A stretch of 56,098 bases of DNA, filler included, from Platydemus manokwari (GCA_037951405.1; 5 parts of 5 records of this genome joined end to end with filler, not necessarily neighbours in it); one strand, 5' to 3'; counted from the whole stretch's first letter, positions 1-12,730 are shown. The notes: generated from the sequence alone by a model not told the origin. Made by a program: numbers and translations.

Positions 1-530
1 AAGGAAAATTTACAATCTGCTCTTATTGAGGATTATTCTCATGCAATTGAGACCATTAAAAATATTCCTTCTACATTAACTAAACATTCCGAACTCTTGA
101 GAGATACTCTCGAATATTCGAAAACAATCCAAAAATCGTTCTCATCTTCAGCCAATTCTGTTTTGGAACAATCACTGAGCACAACAATTACCGGTATTAC
201 CCATCTCCATGAAAATTTACTCAAGCTTCAAGACCTGATTAGCGATCAGAAACCGAATTTCATCAGTAATGATGCCATTGCAGTTGTTTACACTCTTCTA
301 TCTGAAATCAGAAATGGTATGGATTCAGTGGCTGCTAATATCAAAGAATATTTGCAAAAACGACTTGAGGTATGAGATAAAATAACAAAATTAAGAGCTT
401 AACTTAGAAATTTGTATTATCACAGGAAACCTATGAGTCGATAGAAATGTCTCAATTATCAAATCCGGATGAAAATCATTTCCAGAATCCTAATAGTTGT
501 GGTGTCGAACAATGCGACAGTGAAGATTAA
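1..530 (+). CDS. 3' end of an unidentified protein-coding gene (5'-truncated; exons <1-369 and 426-530)
   Basis: Frame is open from base 1 (KENLQSALIEDY...KEYLQKRLE). Donor GAG|GTATGA at 370, 56-nt intron ending TATCACAG at 425, phase-0 last exon ETYESIEMSQLSNPDENHFQNPNSCGVEQCDSED* ending at TAA 530. Helical/coiled-coil-like composition; no family recognised. Confidence 0.65.
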
Positions 531-2050
531 AATAAAATTTTCAATAACTGTAAATGGCATTCTACAGCATAAAACCTTTCTGATTTCCAAATAATTATGT
601 TTTATAATAAAAATTATAAATTATTATTAAATATTTATAGACATTCTTATTGCTATATAATACTCAGTTTTTACATTTATCTGAGTGGAGGTCTTTCAGT
701 TTTTATTAAAGATTCATTGTTGAGATATTTCTTATTTTTATCTTTAATTAATATGATTGATTACATTGATATGTCCTTTAATTGATAAATTTGTGTCTAA
801 TTCTTCATAAAATACAATACCATCCAGCAAATCTTAATCTTATCTCATATTTTTAAATGATGATTTAGTAATAAAGTAAGAATAGATTGACACTCACTGA
901 TTACATCTTTGATATTGCATAGCAATCCAAACCTTTTATAGCTCCCGATTTTGAACGACTCATCTATTTATCCAATGATCAGTTACAGAATGGGATCAAC
1001 AAAACAATCAACAATCCCAGGTGCGGAAGATGAATGACCCCAATTGAAAATTGTTAATCAGTACAAGTATGTATTTATTGGAACTTTCGTTTGGTTTACA
1101 CGCAACATTCGGTTGCTTTCAGATCCTATCCATAGTATTTCGTCAAATTTTCTGTAAAATTTAACATCATTGTTGTGTTGGTTAAAAGATTTGTCAGCAT
1201 AATAATTTTCTGTTAGAAGTTAAAAATTTGGTGGGGTTTTCAACCAGATGGGTATTATAATATATTATTGTTGATCACTCCGCTTCGCGCAGAGTGCTAG
1301 CTAATGTATTATTTCTCTATAATTTATTGTGTCTATATTAGTCTTTTAATTGCATTGTAAGTTTCATTTATTCCATTTTATTCTACTTTTGTGATTTCGG
1401 TCAAAAATTAACAACAGATTCGTTGGCGTAGTGCTACAATAAACAGAAATTTATAAGACAAACAGTTTTTACGTTTACAAGCTAAACACAAATCGATGAC
1501 TTCAAAAGAAATTTGGAATTTGCATTTTGTCACCAAAAAATTGTTCTATAGCAAGGAAACTCAAGTGTCCAATTATTTTTGTCACTTGATAACACATAGG
1601 CACTAATATTAATGTTTTCTTGTCGGGAAATTACTTCATATTCGTACAATTAAGATCAAACTGTGGAATCAAGTCGATAGATTTTTATTGACAAGAGGAG
1701 TCTTTGAATTTCTAGATCATCTAATTTATTATTATTAATACTTTTTATTCCCAAAAATGGGGTAATATTAAAATAGTCTATTATAAACTTCAAATTATTT
1801 ATAGAATGAAAATTACAAATATTCATTGTTTCAAGAACATTATAATGCAAAACTAAAATCGACATTATAAATTATTACAGAAATGCAAGTCTTTTTAATG
1901 AAAAGAATCTCTAGATCGTTTATTTAAATGAAAACTATCTTAACATATATTCTTGATTATCTGATATTGATTCCACATTTTATGTCATTAGGAGATCAAT
2001 TTTTAAAATATGAAATACAAGTTTAGATAATATTCTGATGTTGCGTTTAT

Positions 2051-3127
2051 ATGGAAGCTAAGGTATCCACAAAGTCAAAACTTACAATGACTATAGATGA
2101 AATTATCGAAAATTTATTAACTATTGCTAAAAATCGGTCGTTTTCACCCAAATTTTTCAATGAAAATGATATCATAACTTTATGCCAAAGTGTAAAAAAT
2201 GTTTTAATTTCTCAACCTGTATTACTTGAATTAGAAGGCCCTCTCAAAATTTGCGGTGACATACATGGTCAATTCTTTGATTTGATTAGATTATTTGAGC
2301 TTTGTGGTGATCCTGGAAGTACTAATTATTTATTTCTAGGAGATTACGTTGATCGCGGTAAACAAAGTCTGGAAACAATTTGTCTTTTATACGCTTATAA
2401 AGTTAAATTTCCCACAACATTCTTTTTATTGAGAGGTAATCATGAAAGTCAAGCGATAAGTAGGATTTATGGGTTCTTCGATGAATGTAAAAGAAGATAT
2501 AATGTGAAGTTATGGAGAACATTTTTAGATGTTTTCAATAACATGCCAGTAGCTGCTATTATAGAAAATCAAATATTTTGTTGTCATGGAGGTTTATCAC
2601 CAGAATTTTTAAAGCCTGATGTACCGGATTTGGATAATTTAAAAAAGAAAATAAAGACAATAACTAGACCAACAGATGTACCTGAAGAAGGCATTGTTTG
2701 TGATCTTGTATGGGCTGATCCACTGGACACAACAGCTATAGGTCCTGTAGATAATTTTCCTACAGCACTATTCAATGACACTGGGTTTGCTCCTAATGAA
2801 CGAGGTGTTTCTTATGTCTTTTCACCAACAGTTGTTGATTCTTTTCTAAGTAGATTTAGTTTTGATCTAGTTGTTCGAGCACATCAAGTAGTAGAAGATG
2901 GTTATGAATTTTTCGCAAATCGGTCATTTGTTACCATATTTTCAGCTCCTAATTACTGTGGAGAATTTGATAACGCAGGAGGCATTTTTTGTTTGAGTCG
3001 CAGTGTTACAAAAAATGCAAAAACAAATGAAGAAGAGGTTGATCTAGAAGGGAGTTTTCAAATACTTTACCCTGAAACTAAGAAGCGTGTAGCCAAACCC
3101 CAAGCTGGAGGGCGAAGAGCAAAATAA
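2051..3127 (+). CDS. PP1: Serine/threonine protein phosphatase 1 catalytic subunit, divergent and intronless (358 aa)
   Basis: PPP motifs GDIHGQ, GDYVDRG, LRGNHE and HGG, plus PP1-type [36 protein letters not shown] and [11 protein letters not shown]. Single uninterrupted ORF. Confidence 0.95.
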   Translation: MEAKVSTKSKLTMTIDEIIENLLTIAKNRSFSPKFFNENDIITLCQSVKNVLISQPVLLELEGPLKICGDIHGQFFDLIRLFELCGDPGSTNYLFLGDYVDRGKQSLETICLLYAYKVKFPTTFFLLRGNHESQAISRIYGFFDECKRRYNVKLWRTFLDVFNNMPVAAIIENQIFCCHGGLSPEFLKPDVPDLDNLKKKIKTITRPTDVPEEGIVCDLVWADPLDTTAIGPVDNFPTALFNDTGFAPNERGVSYVFSPTVVDSFLSRFSFDLVVRAHQVVEDGYEFFANRSFVTIFSAPNYCGEFDNAGGIFCLSRSVTKNAKTNEEEVDLEGSFQILYPETKKRVAKPQAGGRRAK

Positions 3128-3422
3128 ATAACATCTGGATCGAAACCATTGATATAATATTTAATTTTTCATATACATTTAAATTAGTATTTCAAATGAT
3201 TAAAAATTTCAATTCTATTTTCAGATTTCGAGGCTTGTAATGAAATAATTTTAAATAATAATTTTATTGCATTTTATTTTTTGTAAATAATAAAATATTG
3301 TTGGCTTAGATATCAAGTTATATTCTAAATTTAAATTTTACATACATCCCTATTAAATACTAAATGCTGTGATTTGTTTTAAATCATGTCATATTTGAAA
3401 ATTATTGGTTGGGTGCTTAAAG

Positions 3423-3782
3423 ATGGATATGTCTAATTTGACTGAAGAACAAAAGCAAAAGTTAATGGATCAAGTTAAAGCACAAGCAGCTTTAATGCAA
3501 ATTAAAGAATTAATGCAGGTTTGCAATTTGAAGTATTTTGATTTCTTATTAATTTGAACATTAGACAATTACTGATAAGTGCTTTGAAAAGTGCGTTACT
3601 AAAATTGGAACTTCATTAGACAGTAGTCAAACGGTATCTAATATTATAATTGATAAACATTACATCGTCTTCTTATTTAGAAATGCGCAGGTCAGTGTAT
3701 GGAAAGATACATGGAAGCTCATAATTTAGTCACTAAAACTTATAGCACTAGATTGATGAAAGAAAGTGGTCATTATAATTGA
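3423..3782 (+). CDS. TIMM13: Mitochondrial intermembrane-space small Tim chaperone Tim13 (88 aa; exons 3423-3518, 3565-3633, 3681-3782)
   Basis: Manual splicing over GT-AG introns of 46 and 47 nt (both phase 0) gives MDMSNLTEEQKQKLMDQVKAQAALMQIKELMQTITDKCFEKCVTKIGTSLDSSQTKCAGQCMERYMEAHNLVTKTYSTRLMKESGHYN. It has the twin CX3C motif with Tim13-type flanks (MDQVKAQ...ELMQ, TDKCF.KC, SLD, CMERYM). Confidence 0.9.
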
Positions 3783-4912
3783 TATGTATGACAGATTAGG
3801 ATTTTTAAAATTCTTTTTATTGTTATAAATTGACTAGTTAAATAAAAGATATTTATAAAGTCTCTTTTTGAAGATTTTTATACAAAACTCAGGATTTATA
3901 TAATACATATTTTGAATGTATTTTTACATATTTGTTACAATTAATTTTGATGATAATTAATGTGATTTTAAACCATAGAATTACCGGGATTTTGTTAAAT
4001 GTAACACTTTAACTTAATATTAGTAAATCATTTTTAAAAATTACTTGAACTGGATTAATTACCCAATTTATAATTTTTTCGATCAATTTAATGAAATAAA
4101 AGTAACATTTGATTCTTACTTTGTTATGGTAGAATTCTGAAAGTCCAGGATATCCGGAAATTTTCGATGAAATATAATTTTCAAATTCCTTATTTTAACA
4201 TTTATATATTTGATTATGGTGCTTCTATAAACAAATGTGTACCAAGTTTAATATTGCAGTGTTTATTATATTGTTTATGTATACTTTGCTTAACTCTCAT
4301 CACAGATTTTGGTCATCGAGTCTTATTACCAGAAATAAAAATTGACAGTTACCGGTAAAGTTTTGAAAAATGAAATTATATTATTTTGTTCTTACGTCTT
4401 TGAATTATTAAAATTAAAAAAAAGTTGTAGCATTATCACTTAATTTTGTTCATTAAAATCCTCACATATTCCATTTCGAAATATTGAATTAAAATTCCTA
4501 TTTCACGTGGCAAAAACTTCAACCTAAAAACACTTATTCTTGTGCTTAGTGTAGGTCTATTTTGGAACACAAATACTTACTAAGAAAGATAACTTTTCAA
4601 ATTTTCCTTAGAAGAATGCTTGATGCTAAACAAATCATTAATTTTTTATCATAATTAACCATATATTTCCTGCGATTTTGTTACATAAGTAGAACAAGTA
4701 AAATTTAATTAAATAATAATTAATGTACATAAATATTTATTAAGTTAAATTAAAAATTGCTTAAATTCATAGAAAAATTTTTTGTATTAATTATATATGT
4801 ATTATGCATTAGTTATATTTATGTAATGAAGTTGTTTTTATTTTATGGAAAACATTCGAAATTTAAATGTTTATTATTAACAATATTAATAATTCAATAA
4901 GATTTCGATCAA

Positions 4913-5653
4913 ATGAATAACCATTACGATAAAAATGATCAGAGATTAAACACGAACAAAGTCTATACAATTAATGTCGGTGGAATTATTCATACTACAA
5001 CATTATCTACGCTATGTCGATATCCTAATTCCATGATTGCCCGAATGTTCACCGGATCTATTCCTCCAACTCAATCAATAGATTCTAGTGGCAACATTTT
5101 TTTAGATCGAGATGGTGTGTTATTCGGGTATGTGCTTAATTTTTTGCGCAGTGGAGTTCTAACTCTACCCGATAGTTTTCATTCCTTTAATAGTTTACAA
5201 ATCGAAGCCGATTTTTTCGGGTTAGATGAATTAATTGAAGCATTGAAAGCTTACAGAAATAATCACAAATCATTTAATAACTCATGTAGTTCCAGATTTG
5301 TGGGATATTTCATAGAAATAATGGAATTTGAAGAAGCTTCAAGTTTCAATCGGTTTTATACTATTGGAGACCAACACAATAATAGACATTGGCGAGTCAC
5401 CCCCAAAAATGGAGGACTGATCGTTTCTGGTCATCAGGATGTACTCAAAAGTCTGCCAATTTCATATCCTTCTGAGAATACATCATCAGATTATCCAAGC
5501 GTTATCGTTCACAGTTGTCACAAAATGGAAATATTCCACCATCTTTCTTCTAAAAACTGGGAACTCACTCACACCGGACTCTCTTATGGAACTGATTCTG
5601 AAGGTTCATATATAATCCATGAATATATTTGGCAGAAGCCAATTTCAAATTAA
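4913..5653 (+). CDS. KCTD-family BTB/POZ (T1-type) domain protein, KCTD6/11/21- or KCTD1/15-like (246 aa, intronless)
   Basis: INVGG..HTTTLSTL.RYPNSMIARMF, FLDRDG.LF.YVLNFLR and EADFFGL are the KCTD BTB signature. No transmembrane segments, so not a Kv channel. Confidence 0.9.
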   Translation: MNNHYDKNDQRLNTNKVYTINVGGIIHTTTLSTLCRYPNSMIARMFTGSIPPTQSIDSSGNIFLDRDGVLFGYVLNFLRSGVLTLPDSFHSFNSLQIEADFFGLDELIEALKAYRNNHKSFNNSCSSRFVGYFIEIMEFEEASSFNRFYTIGDQHNNRHWRVTPKNGGLIVSGHQDVLKSLPISYPSENTSSDYPSVIVHSCHKMEIFHHLSSKNWELTHTGLSYGTDSEGSYIIHEYIWQKPISN

Positions 5654-5861
5654 TATTTTCAATTTTCAACAACAATTGAAAATCTTAGCGTAGTCTTTTC
5701 CTCTAGATCCGAGAAGATATTTTAATTCTGTATTTTTGTATAAATTTTAAACAAATAAAATGTGCAAAAAAAAATCAATAAATGAGTTCATATTTGTTAT
5801 ATAATTGATTTACAAAAAATAATTAATAATGATTCAAAAATATTTTAAAAAAAACTGAGTG

Positions 5862-6089
5862 TTACAATAAATTGGTGTTTGTGAAATGGTGGGTCTCTGT
5901 ATCTGACATGGAATACAGCCAACGATGATCGATAGGATTGTCGAAGGATAAACTATTAATCGATGACGTCATCACACTACTATCATTGGTTTGATTCAAT
6001 ACGTCCGATAATTGTGCTATTTCATCCTTTAATTTTTTACATTGATTATCAATTAAAGATCGCATTTCTGGTTGGATTTTCTCCGCTAC
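5862..6089 (-). CDS. Probable terminal coding exon of an unidentified minus-strand gene
   Basis: Acceptor TTTTTATAG (6091-6090) followed by a phase-0, 76-codon frame VAEKIQPEMRSLIDNQCKKLKDEIAQLSDVLNQ...TNTNLL*, with a short coiled-coil heptad pattern. Upstream exons not identified. Confidence 0.5.
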   Translation of the reverse strand, partial: VAEKIQPEMRSLIDNQCKKLKDEIAQLSDVLNQTNDSSVMTSSINSLSFDNPIDHRWLYSMSDTETHHFTNTNLL

Positions 6090-6558
6090 CTATAAAAACG
6101 GACCAACGATAAACATAATTAAACAACCAAATTAGTCATTTGAATATAATTATTTGTATTTTTCACAGTTCACAATAATCATTATTTATCCAGCTTATTA
6201 TTTATTTATATTCAGATAAAATAAACAACCAATTTATGTTGAAAATAATGAAATGTTGCTGTTCAAATCGAGACTTTCAATAATATAGATACCGCAATCC
6301 ACTAAATATGACATAATTCCACAAATCCGCCCACGCACAATTACTTATAATATGAATGCAACATATTGCAATCAGCCACAATGTCTCGTTTAATACCCAG
6401 CTGCGGGCACCAGTTATAATTAGATTTGAGTTCCATATCAAGTCATGATACCCCACCCCCACTCCCACAGACGTATTTTTTCAAAATAGTAGCTTAATTA
6501 TTGAATTGGTTATTCAAATTGATTTGAATTCGATATTTCATTATACCAATATGGGAAC

Positions 6559-6560
<2 letters not shown>

Positions 6561-6610
<50 letters not shown>
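6561..6610. repeat. (TTA)n microsatellite
   Basis: Perfect trinucleotide run that decays downstream; it explains the poly-Ile ORF 6506-6820. Confidence 0.95.
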
Positions 6611-7711
6611 GTTTTTATTATTATTATTGTTATTTTTATAATTATTTTTGTCATTGTTATCCATATTATATTAATATCAATAATATTATTAAGAATGCAT
6701 ATAATAATTAATATTTGTAATTATATAATTTATCATTATAATGATTATATTCATTTCATTAAAAGTAAATATCATTTGTTTTCAAACCTTCCTATTAGGT
6801 ATCTCCTGAGCCGCAATTAATTTAATAATAGACAGATACCAATCATGATTTTATAATTCAATTTATCTATAATGTCATCATCATCGAGACAATATTATGA
6901 TGACGAAATTCTATCAGTGGTCATCACATCTCTTCTGTCTATTTTTATGGAATCATTTATGGTCTTCATTGTTCTGATGACTCCCACGATTGATTTGTTA
7001 TCCTGTCTAGCTTATTAATCTCTAATAAATTCCCATATATTCTCCTTTACATTTTTATTTATCAAGTCCTATTCCAAACTTATTAATGCATATCCCCCCA
7101 CACACACACAAAAAAATTATCTGCTACCATTTCAAGATAAATTTTCATACAGAAATATCCGTTAAGAAATTATCTTTCAGTGACTGGTGATATTTGTGTG
7201 GTAATTGTTTTTTATTATGGATATTTTCCTTTCTTCCAACATTATTGCTTAATATTTTCCCAAGACTTACTCAAATCAAATGATTTTTAAACAAAAATAT
7301 CAACCCGAATATTTGCTAATAAAATATTCTATTGATAACAGATTGATATTGCCAAACTAATTCATTATAAAATCCACAACAACAATATTAAGACAATACC
7401 ATCACAATACCATTATCATAGTGTTCAATAATAATACTGTATTGGAATGATATTAGTTGCAGTAAGAAATGACTTGTTTAATCCAATGATATAAAGAATT
7501 TGTCTCAACCAGTTAAAATTTGAGTATCATTGTTATTCGATTAGTTGTTTTTTTATTTCCTGCATTCCGATGATGGATTTCTGATTCTCGGTTTAAACTT
7601 TCTCTCTTCTTTTCACTGATATCATCAACTTGTTACGCCAATGCCATCACTGATCTGTTGTCCGTTCTGGCACTGTTTTATCGATAATAATGACTATCTA
7701 CATCTCATTCA

Positions 7712-10358
7712 ATGATTTCTTCGTCGAATCTGTCGATTATGTTTTACAAATCGCTATTTATTGATATAATTTCCGTGTATATATTGATAACACAATTATC
7801 AATGGTAACTGTTGGAATCGATGTACAATGCGATGGAAAAATTAAAGAGATCGATTCATATCAAATGGGAATCAATCTCAATTTATCGACCAATAAACAT
7901 TCGATCCGATTCGAATTGTTACAACACCACAACATCTTTGCAATCCATCCATCCACTGGACTACTACAAACCATTCGAACTGTCGATAGAGAATCTCTTT
8001 GTCAGTCTTCAGATCAAGATTGTCACTGTTTACGGAATCCTTGCTTATTAAAAATAACGATATTTGCTACAGATCTCAAGAAGTCAAACCAACCTCCACA
8101 AATGTTATACAAGACCATCTGTATTGATGACATCAATGATAATAAGCCCACTTTTCCCGAGACAACGCAGACCATTGAATTGAATGAGAAATCACATATC
8201 GGAACAATTATGGAACTCCATTCAGCACATGATATGGATTCATGGAGATTTGCAATTAATAGATATGAATTGAAATGTCCAACGGATTTGTTCAATCTTT
8301 CGCACAGCATCACACGGGATAACACGTACAAATTGGATCATCGAGTTAAGTTGATCGTCGCCAATAATATCTCCTTTAATCCTGATCCGATCCATTGCAC
8401 TTTGACAGCATGTGATGTGGATACGTGTTCGTCGATGAGAGTCGTCATTAAAATCAATGACATCAATGATCACAGTCCTGAATGGCCCAATTCGAAGTAT
8501 CACATCAAAATCAAAGAGAACATGCCTTTGGATTCCATTATACAAACCTTTCAAGCCACCGATTTGGATACTGCTTTCGGGAAACTTTTCTACAGTATCG
8601 GGAAAATCATGTTGCACGATATACCGAAAACTTTTACGGGAAATTTATTTCGAATAGATCCGATCAGTGGCGATTTGAGAGTCAATGGCAATATCGACTA
8701 TGAAGAACGAATAAACCGACGTTTCATCATGACGATCGTTGCTAAAGACAATGGGACACCTCCATTGAGTAGTTCCGTTACAGTTACGATCGATATTGAA
8801 GATGTCAACGACAATATTCCAAACATCAATCTTAATAAAGTCATTATCGATGTGGAAGAAAATTCCAATCTCAATTATCTTGATTATTTTACGGTTACTG
8901 ACAGCGATGAAGAAGCAAATGGTAGGATTGAATGTGAAATTCTCGATGCAAACGACTATTTCAAATTACAGAGATCGACCACAAACATTCCAGTAACATA
9001 TGGAATATATTTGATGAAATCTTTAGATCACGAAAAGCAATCGATGTTGTCTATTAATCTTCAATGTCAAGATGGAGGAAAGCCTAACTTAACATCGAAA
9101 AAAAGGATTGCCGTGAATGTGATTGACGTCAATGACAATAGCGTTCATTTTCCACAGAAAACCATCTACATTTCAATAGCTGAGAATACACCAATAGGAA
9201 CGGAAATATTGAAAATATCCACGATAGATTTAGATAAGAACTCGGATATCATTTATTCTTTCGTTCACCCCAACAACTGTAGCTTCGTGAATATCGATGC
9301 ATACAACGGTTATTTGACTACAAACGAAATGTTTGATCGGGAAACCAAAGACGAGTATATCTTTTATATTCAAGTGGTCGAGAGAAATAACTTGAATTAC
9401 ACTGATGTCGCCAAAATTATTTTGAAAATCACCGATATCAATGACAATCCACCACTTTTCACGGAATACTACTCATTTTCCATTCCGGAAAATACATCAG
9501 TTGATGGATTTATAGGGCAGGTTCAGGCAATCGATGCTGATCTTGGAGAGAATGCAACAATATCATACAGCCAGTTCAGTCTAAAGATGAGTGATCCAAT
9601 CTATTTCAGTGTTTCAAATATTGGTGAAATAAAGCTGTTTTACAAGCTCGATTTCGACAAACAAAACCTTCATCAACTCATAGTGGTTGCTAGAGATCAG
9701 GGTAGATCAGTGTCAATGTCATCATCAACCACTGTTTTGATCACCGTGATCGATTCCAATAATCATCCACCGAGATTCAATGAATTATCATATACCGAAT
9801 CATTGGCATGTCAGACCCAAACGATAGATAAAAACATTTTCCGGGTCACCGATAAAGATAAATCACCAGAAAATACATTAATGAATTACAAACTCGAACT
9901 CGTCACACCAGCACAATACAAAAGAATGTTTACCATCGACAAAAAGACTGGTCAAATTACAATGACAGTTAAAAAAGACCAGTGCGATTTCAAAACGACA
10001 GATAAAGAAAAGATTGAAATAAAACTTTCCGTCTTCGATCCAACGAAACCAGAATTTCGAGATAAAGCTATACTCCATTTATATCTGGAAAATGAAAAGT
10101 ACCAACGAAATATCAATGATGATTCCACCAACAACATGAACCACAATCGACACCATCAAGGGTCCGCAGACTTACCGATTAAAAAGAACTTCAAATCCTC
10201 ATATCCGGAGGTGGAAAATTCAGTGAAGCCCGACGAATTTATTGATCAGAATATCACAATAATTATGGTATTGATTTTCGTATCGGTTTTTCTGGGAATT
10301 TTTCTTATCAGTGTCGTGTGTTTTGTGAAAAAGAAGAGACAACCTGAAGATGGCCAAG
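7712..10358 (+). CDS. Protocadherin (delta-type-like, 7 cadherin repeats + TM); large first coding exon, 3' exons beyond the contig end
   Basis: Hydrophobic signal region; EC1 with DRESLC...C; linkers DINDNKPTF, DINDHSPEW, DVNDNIP, DVNDNSVHF, DINDNPPLF and DSNNHPPRF, then a degenerate seventh repeat. TM IIMVLIFVSVFLGIFLISVVCFV followed by KKKR. Likely donor CAAG|GTTTGA at 10359, so the ORF tail to 10396 is probably intron read-through. Confidence 0.9.
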
Positions 10359-10654
10359 GTTTGAATTTTTTTCGAAAAGTCATTTTTATATTATAATATT
10401 ATTTTATAAAACAATTACTGGTAATAATAGTGAAACTAATAATAATAACATATTAGTGGATAATAATATTGTTAAAAATAATTCTCATGATAGTAATAAT
10501 AATAATTAAAATGATAATAATGGTAATAAAAATAAAATAATAATATTAAAGATAATAACAATAATAGCAATAATAATAGTAATATTATTAATAATAATAT
10601 TGTTATTATTATTAATATTAGTAATAATAATAGCAATAATAATATTATTATTCG

Positions 10655-10754
10655 NNNNNNNNNNNNNNNNNNNNNNNNNNNNNNNNNNNNNNNNNNNNTT
10701 AATTAATTAANNNNNNNNNNNNNNNNNNNNNNNNNNNNNNNNNNNNNNNNNNNN
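10655..10754. other. Artificial contig spacer (44N-TTAATTAATTAA-44N)
   Basis: Exactly 100 nt; the palindromic 12-mer gives stops in all six frames; identical to the three other spacers. Confidence 0.97.
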
Positions 10755-12369
10755 TAATATTTACGACTTTCTATACGTTTTTGTGTATTTTATGTAGACG
10801 GTGTATTAGATTTACAAATTCTTCCTTGATAAATCACAAGATAATCGATATATTGTCCCTTACTTTCGACAAGCACCTTAAGTTCAAAATTTGGATGTCT
10901 TGTGATCATTGTTTCACCATATTCATTACACTACTAAAGATTAAATTTGAGTGTATGATATCGTCTATATAATGGGTAGAATTTGGTAAAAATCGATTTT
11001 TGTATATCACTTCACAATATTATCATAGGATTTTGTTGCGTATAATGTTCACAAGTCTGCTCCGCTCAATGTTTCGATAAATAATGGCACGTATTATACA
11101 TGCCGATATCATTTTATTTATTTTAAAGAAATAATAATTTATTCCCGGGTACTTGATCGAACTTTTTACAATTTCAAAAACGCCAACGAAAATGCTGGTG
11201 CGTTTATTACACACGGATTTCGGTTCTTCGTGATTTCAGGAGCTCAACAAAATTGGTGTGTTGAATGAGGGTACATTTGTAAACAAAGATGAGCGCATTC
11301 AACTCATCACATTGTAATTTGATTTGAATCTTGCTATTTTATTATAATAATGATAATAATCATCAATGTAATTTTATTATTATTAATTTTATTATTATTT
11401 TATTGCTATTCATAGTGGCCATTATTATTATTACCAGCATAAACAGTAATCATTAGTTTTTAAGCCTATAAATCTCACATGGATTATTTGCCATTATGTT
11501 CTCAATCGAACCTGTAATGGGAAAACCTATTACTTATATATTTAATTTATTTTTCTGGTGGTAAAGCTTATTGCATTCAATCTATTGTAATTTATTTTCA
11601 TTAAGATATCACATTTCAGAATCTGAGCATTCTCTATCAATGAAATAATTCTACGTGTTAATCATATATGGAAGATTAACGATGCAATTCAGCGACAAGA
11701 AAAATACAGGAGGTCATTTAGAAACAATAAATAACGAGAATTATGTCTTCATTTCTCCCCTTGTAATTATTATTTACTTTTTCTACCTTTCCTCTTATCG
11801 ACGTATCATGTTCAACTATTATGCTTTCATCGAATGAAGCTTTTAATAGGCTGTTATGGAATTTTTTTATTTATTGGCCGTATGATTTTCTATTCTAACA
11901 GATTTTTGCATGATAAATTATCCTTTATCCATCAATCGATACTTATATAACATTCTATCCGATCATACTTTGTCACTCAAGATTATGAATTTTTCTGTAA
12001 AATGGATTCGAGAAAGCGAATTCACTGTGAATATTGCATTATAATTGCATTATTTTCAAGAAATTTCATAAATTAAATCATAAAAAGATTCGATAAGATT
12101 ACTTGAATTGTAATCGTTTAGTTTTAGTTTAGTTCGTATCGACCATATTGGAAAATCAAAGCCTTATTATTTATGAGGTTGTGCATGATGTGGGTTTTAT
12201 ATTAATAGTGGAGTATTGTCTTGTTAATCGATTTGCCAACATCGAAGAATAAATATTAATAACAATTCTAAAATAATGATATTGTTAGGTCCTCAACAAT
12301 TAATCAGACCTTGACTTCAAAAAAGAAGGCTAATATTATATTTTCTTGTGGACTATTCCGTACACCTAC

Positions 12370-12730
12370 ACATAAACTTCACAAAATATCAACCAAAACT
12401 TTGTTTCCAACCAGCAGTTGGCCATCTTTACATAAATTTCTACAATTTTTGTGTTATCCTATATCATATTTTTATTCAATATTTGCTTTTCCTGTTCTTA
12501 TTGGATTTTTAAGTTTGTGCATAAATGGGATTGGTGTTGTTGTGTAGCAATGCTCCTTTTTCAAATTGTCGTCTACCATCTAATTTCACTATGATTGGCT
12601 GATTGCTTTGCCTGTATGGTTGTCTAGGCATGCAAATGTTTAAGGTGCTTAAACAAAGGTTCCAAGGTGCAAATCCGTTTTCTTTTTATAGGATTTCATC
12701 TCACTCAACAATATCAAATATTCGTACCTG
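12370..12730 (-). repeat. Dispersed non-coding repeat family, copy 1
   Basis: Reverse complement (GGATTTGCACCTTGGAACC...ATTTGCATGCCTAGACAACCATACAGGCAAAGCAATCAGCCAATCATAG...ATGTAAAGATGGCCAACTGC) is colinear with 40290-40600 (+) and 29955-30330 (-). Confidence 0.75.

Noticed and set aside
6506-6820. Hydrophobic poly-Ile ORF (likewise 47961-48161, 49587-49787, 49695-49886)
   Set aside because: Translations of (TTA)n microsatellites; only 49591-49633 is used, as a LASP exon.
7812-10146. Several short ORFs overlapping the protocadherin
   Set aside because: Alternative-frame or antisense by-products of a long coding exon; no motifs.
11029-11268. 79-codon open frame after a TCATAG, ending near WCVE*GYICK (lectin-like look)
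   Set aside because: No convincing domain, an in-frame stop inside the putative motif, and no consistent exon chain.
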